This document shows positions 23,700-26,724 of a DNA stretch of 26,724 nt, piece by piece. How positions within the stretch are numbered: position 1 is the stretch's first letter; each line of letters begins with the position of its first letter. The position numbers were made by a program, and so were the translations under genes. Origin of the DNA: a virus (Duplodnaviria; Caudoviricetes); the IMG/VR virus record IMGVR_UViG_3300046779_000818, positions 1 to 26,724 of that record; one strand, given 5' to 3'. Below the pieces are notes generated by a model. It worked only from the letters and a program-made list of their open reading frames with translations. It ran no database searches and was not told the origin of the DNA.

Positions 23700-23888
23700 T
23701 TAGTTGGTGAAAGTTGGAATTTTGTAATTGCTTGCGTCATAAAAACGATTTGCGTCAAATCGTGGATTATCTTTCGCAAACATCTCCGCAAAATCTACAA
23801 CCATTTTAGAAAAAACGGCTGGGTGTGTTTTATCTGAAACATACTTTAGAATTTCTGCAGTTGCAACATAGTCTTTTCGTGTCATCAT
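23700..23888 (-). CDS. hypothetical protein
   Basis: MMTRKDYVATAEIL...DNPRFD..RF; TAATG overlap. Confidence 0.8.
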   Translation of the reverse strand: MMTRKDYVATAEILKYVSDKTHPAVFSKMVVDFAEMFAKDNPRFDANRFYDASNYKIPTFTN

Positions 23889-24091
23889 TATCGCTTTACT
23901 ACCTTTCCGTTTCGGTGAAAAATCTTTGTGTAGCATTTGCCACTTGGTGTAAATAAGTTAATTGTTGCATACTCATCAGCAAAACCCCAATCAACAAACT
24001 TAGCAAACTCCTCATGAGCATTTAACTCATCTGAGTATTCTTTTGACCAATGAGGTGCATTTTCATCATAGGCAACTGAAATCTTATACAT
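23888..24091 (-). CDS. hypothetical protein
   Basis: MYKISVAYD...; TAATG overlaps. Confidence 0.75.
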   Translation of the reverse strand: MYKISVAYDENAPHWSKEYSDELNAHEEFAKFVDWGFADEYATINLFTPSGKCYTKIFHRNGKVVKR

Positions 24092-24225
24092 TACAAACCC
24101 CACACATCTAATGCACAATCGCATTGTTCTACATCATAATTATTTTCATCTCCCCAAAATAGGAAGCCAGCACCACCACACTCATCACAAGCAACGGCGA
24201 TTATTTCTTTTACATCTTTTACCAT
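24091..24225 (-). CDS. small zinc-ribbon protein, 44 aa
   Basis: CDECGGAG...CDC; ACGAAAGGA RBS. Confidence 0.7.
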   Translation of the reverse strand: MVKDVKEIIAVACDECGGAGFLFWGDENNYDVEQCDCALDVWGL

Positions 24226-24254
24226 TTTAGTTTTCCTTTCGTTTTGTTGTTGGT

Positions 24255-24276
24255 ATTGTATCAGTTAGCACTGACA
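24255..24276 (-). promoter_or_regulatory. PafBC-type promoter
   Basis: TGTCAG-TGCTAACTGA-TACAAT. Confidence 0.75.
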
Positions 24277-24278
24277 AA

Positions 24279-24401
24279 TTAGAGAGCACCCTCTTGAAAT
24301 AAACCGATTTCAAGAGTTAGCATTTCATCGGGAGTGGCTTCGGATAAATCTACCCAGCCAGCACCCTGCTCATCAAGTCTAAAAATTTCAATGTATCCCA
24401 T
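24279..24401 (-). CDS. hypothetical protein, 40 aa
   Basis: MGYIEIFRLDEQGAGWVDLSEATPDEMLTLEIGLFQEGAL*. Confidence 0.7.
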   Translation of the reverse strand: MGYIEIFRLDEQGAGWVDLSEATPDEMLTLEIGLFQEGAL

Positions 24402-24403
24402 TA

Positions 24404-24592
24404 TTACTCACCAACCTTTACGGCTAGTGTGCGGAATTTTCCATTTGATAATTCTACGAGATAACTCTCGCAACCATCATACCAAACTGCGTGAGGGTGT
24501 TTCTCAGCATGGACAATTTTGCTTTCGGTTGAACGAGAGCGATAAGTTTTTCCTACAAGTAGGTTTTCGATTGTATAGACATTTGCGGACAT
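24404..24592 (-). CDS. hypothetical protein
   Basis: ACGAAAGGTGG RBS before MSANVYTIENLLVGK. Confidence 0.75.
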   Translation of the reverse strand: MSANVYTIENLLVGKTYRSRSTESKIVHAEKHPHAVWYDGCESYLVELSNGKFRTLAVKVGE

Positions 24593-24623
24593 AGTTTCCA
24601 CCTTTCGTTTTTGTTATGCCGTA

Positions 24624-24645
24624 ATTATAGCCTACGGGTCTGACA
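24624..24645 (-). promoter_or_regulatory. PafBC-type promoter
   Basis: TGTCAG-ACCCGTAGGC-TATAAT; perfect CRP-type sites at 24695 and 24823. Confidence 0.75.
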
Positions 24646-24841
24646 TTTTTCTACTTACTAGCCAGTAATTCCATATTTTGAGACGCTCAGCCCGTGTGAT
24701 AAAAATCACAAGATCTTCGGCGTGTCGCAGGATTTTTAGGGGATTTCTTAAATCGGACATAAGGGACAAATTGCCCCCATAGCTTTTGCGGGCCGTGTCA
24801 AGTCGACACGCCGTTGTGTCGATGTGAAATGTATCACACGA

Positions 24842-24931
24842 TTATTCGTGGATACATTCCGATTCGATCTCATGACCGAATTCATCTACGAGTTCCTCGT
24901 AGATTTCATCCATGTAATCTAAGAAATCCAT
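24842..24931 (-). CDS. 29-aa acidic peptide
   Basis: MDFLDYMDEIYEELVDEFGHEIESECIHE*; GAAAGGA RBS; TAATG overlap. Confidence 0.6.
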   Translation of the reverse strand: MDFLDYMDEIYEELVDEFGHEIESECIHE

Positions 24932-25035
24932 TATTCGTTTTCCTTTCTAATAGTAGCGGATAGAACGGCAAGGGCTTCCGCCTTGCTTGCTTCACGTTGT
25001 GCTTCAACGTGCTTTTTGAATTCGTCTAAATTCAT
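24931..25035 (-). CDS. 34-aa peptide
   Basis: MNLDEFKKHVEAQREASKAEALAVLSATIRKENE*; TAATG overlaps. Confidence 0.6.
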   Translation of the reverse strand: MNLDEFKKHVEAQREASKAEALAVLSATIRKENE

Positions 25036-25223
25036 TATGCTAACCAACTTTCTTTTGTATAAGATAACCATTCACCAAGAGTCATTAAACCCTTGTATTC
25101 ATTACAATTTCCGCAGTAAAAACTTCCTGCGTAGTCTGAGCAAAAAACGCAGACGATTTGATTTGCTTCATCAGCAGAAACATTAGCGAGAGTAATCTCT
25201 CTGATTTGATTTAGTGTAGTCAT
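25035..25223 (-). CDS. small zinc-ribbon protein
   Basis: GAAAGGT RBS before MTTLNQ; CVFC...CGNCNEYKG. Confidence 0.75.
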   Translation of the reverse strand: MTTLNQIREITLANVSADEANQIVCVFCSDYAGSFYCGNCNEYKGLMTLGEWLSYTKESWLA

Positions 25224-25275
25224 TTTAACTACCTTTCTTTTAACGATTAAAACCTTATTTAATCTTGATACTAGT

Positions 25276-25297
25276 ATCCTAACATAGACCACTGACA
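25276..25297 (-). promoter_or_regulatory. PafBC-type promoter
   Basis: TGTCAG-TGGTCTATGT-TAGGAT. Confidence 0.7.
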
Positions 25298-25349
25298 TTT
25301 TGACCCGTTTTTCGGGCGTGTCGCAAAACTATTTTTGTGATTTAGGTCA

Positions 25350-25411
25350 TGTGGATAACTTACGCTCAATTTTTAAGGGATTTCCACACCTGTGTATAAA
25401 GCTGTGGATAA
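25350..25411. promoter_or_regulatory. DnaA-box cluster
   Basis: TGTGGATAA (25350), ATTTCCACA (25380), TGTGTATAA (25391), TGTGGATAA (25403). Confidence 0.6.
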
Positions 25412-25476
25412 CGCCCGCAAAAGACTGCGGGCCGATCTGACAAAGTCAAATCGACACGCCGTTAGGCGTATGTGAT

Positions 25477-25623
25477 TTACGCCTCTTCTTTATCTCGCAT
25501 CGCTAAGCGCCAAGACCAAATAAGGGCGGGGATACCAATAAGCAAATAGGTAGGGATATTAGCGTATAGCCCTAAGAAATCGGAATTTATATATAGAAAT
25601 TCTGTAGTTAGTTCTAGTGTCAT
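25477..25623 (-). CDS. small membrane protein, 48 aa
   Basis: MTLELTTEFLYINSDFLGLYANIPTYLLIGIPALIWSWRLAMRDKEEA*. Confidence 0.65.
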   Translation of the reverse strand: MTLELTTEFLYINSDFLGLYANIPTYLLIGIPALIWSWRLAMRDKEEA

Positions 25624-25809
25624 TTACTTATCTCCAAACATATTAAATACTTCATCTAATTCATCATCTGTTAAGTGGTCTATCTGTATAGCCTTAGTAA
25701 AGCCGAAGATATCCTCTTCTTCTTCTACTAGTTGCTCATATTGTTCTTCTTCATCCATCCAAACATAAGCATCTTTAACATCTTCTTGAATTGTATCCCA
25801 CTTAGTCAT
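25624..25809 (-). CDS. acidic hypothetical protein
   Basis: TAATG overlap; ORF track. Confidence 0.75.
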   Translation of the reverse strand: MTKWDTIQEDVKDAYVWMDEEEQYEQLVEEEEDIFGFTKAIQIDHLTDDELDEVFNMFGDK

Positions 25810-25973
25810 TACTTGTTATCCTGTTCTACTTTAGAGATGAACGCCTCAAACTTAGGCTTTACATCTGTGCTGTTTAGTTCTTTAATTGTATCCATTACCT
25901 CTGACATTTTCTTAGCGGTAAATCCTGTGCCCTTGCATAGAGAGCCTTGCCATACTGAGTAAGTGATTTTCAT
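25809..25973 (-). CDS. hypothetical protein, 54 aa
   Basis: MKITYSVWQGSLCKGTGFTAKKMSEV... Confidence 0.7.
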   Translation of the reverse strand: MKITYSVWQGSLCKGTGFTAKKMSEVMDTIKELNSTDVKPKFEAFISKVEQDNK

Positions 25974-26009
25974 TTATTGTTCTTCTTTCTGTTAGTTTCT
26001 AATAAGATT

Positions 26010-26031
26010 AAGGTACATCATAGGTCTGACA
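26010..26031 (-). promoter_or_regulatory. PafBC-type promoter
   Basis: TGTCAG-ACCTATGATG-TACCTT. Confidence 0.7.
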
Positions 26032-26059
26032 TTTTCAAGTCTATTTAGTGTGGTGTTGC

Positions 26060-26317
26060 TCACATATTGCAAGCCACACCCTCGCTATGTAGTCCGCTTA
26101 GGTAGTGACCTTTAGCGATACAATTTTTAGCTAAATCATGAAACGATTTGCATTTCATCTCATGCCATAAGATGTAGTCCTTATGCACTACCTTATCGCA
26201 AGTAGAGCAGAAGTGCCACTTATGGTTATCCTTGCGGACTACTTGACCCTCTACGATTTCGTAGCGGTCAATAAACTTAGCACCATGTGTGCAATTATTC
26301 TTTAGGCACTTGTTCAT
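26060..26317 (-). CDS. Cys/His-rich zinc-binding protein
   Basis: C...CTH...CSTC...HEMKC...C..GH...H..AC. Confidence 0.7.
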   Translation of the reverse strand: MNKCLKNNCTHGAKFIDRYEIVEGQVVRKDNHKWHFCSTCDKVVHKDYILWHEMKCKSFHDLAKNCIAKGHYLSGLHSEGVACNM

Positions 26318-26318
26318 A

Positions 26319-26531
26319 TTAAGCACCTACTTTCTGAGAGAGTACCCATTTACTCTCATTAGGTGATAGGTACTTGTGAGAGATAAGGTTCTCACTTGCT
26401 ACCATATAGACATATGCCATACGGCTAATGTAGTTACCATTAGCAAGGCGGAAGATATTGTTATCCTTAGTGTTACTAGAGGATAGAGCATGAGTAGGTT
26501 CTACTACTACTGAGATTATAGTGTTAGTCAT
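26319..26531 (-). CDS. hypothetical protein
   Basis: ACGAAAGGT RBS. Confidence 0.75.
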   Translation of the reverse strand: MTNTIISVVVEPTHALSSSNTKDNNIFRLANGNYISRMAYVYMVASENLISHKYLSPNESKWVLSQKVGA

Positions 26532-26580
26532 TTTGACCTAACCTTTCGTGTTGAGACTTTCTCAACTTCTTATGTATATA

Positions 26581-26602
26581 ACTCTACATGAGGGGTCTGA
26601 CA
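26581..26602 (-). promoter_or_regulatory. PafBC-type promoter
   Basis: TGTCAG-ACCCCTCATG-TAGAGT; perfect CRP-type sites at 26637 and 26663. Confidence 0.7.
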
Positions 26603-26724
26603 TTTTCAAGGGGACAATTCGGACATATTAGGACATTGTGAGGTAGGTCACATGGTTTTTTCTGTGAGTTAAGTCACATATGGGCGCACTAATTAGACAA
26701 ATCGGACATTTTAAAATCGTGGAT

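Noticed and set aside
15468-25962. Plus-strand ORFs in the minus arm (15468, 16488, 17587, 18645, 19284, 22401, 24334, 24983, 25732)
   Set aside because: They overlap well-supported minus-strand genes and lack start signals.
16900-26700. CRISPR array or integron attC array as explanation for the recurring intergenic motifs
   Set aside because: Repeats are short, degenerate and separated by whole genes; no constant repeat-spacer period, no attC R/L box structure, no cas or integrase gene in the window.
13700-26724. LexA SOS boxes (actinobacterial TCGAAC-N4-GTTCGA)
   Set aside because: None recognised by eye near the promoters; the damage-type motif present is the LexA-independent one.

Overview
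This is a fragment of a large, AT-rich tailed phage genome, most likely infecting Actinobacteria (WhiB, Lsr2-like, MSMEG_6728-like and GP88 genes, many leaderless genes). It has two converging arms. The + strand arm (1-13.2 kb) carries a membrane/lipoprotein/CHAP cluster, WhiB, an HslV/proteasome-beta-like Ntn hydrolase, a secreted S8 protease, a DenV-like glycosylase, thioredoxin, an Ala/Thr-rich surface protein, a histone H1-like protein and many small ORFs, under sigma-A-type promoters. The - strand arm (13.7-26.7 kb) is an array of short gene cassettes, including DUF932, GP88, a YubB/DUF1281-like gene and tRNA-Asp. Fourteen promoters in this arm match TGTCRG-N10-TAnnnT exactly, which is the actinobacterial RecA-independent (PafBC-type) DNA-damage promoter. 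They are accompanied by helically phased CRP-type palindromes, DnaA boxes, GACAC elements and a shared ACGAAAGG leader. The same arm holds a candidate ~145-nt sRNA antisense to that shared leader and two covarying 3'-UTR pseudoknots. All family assignments come from motif recognition by eye; no searches were run.
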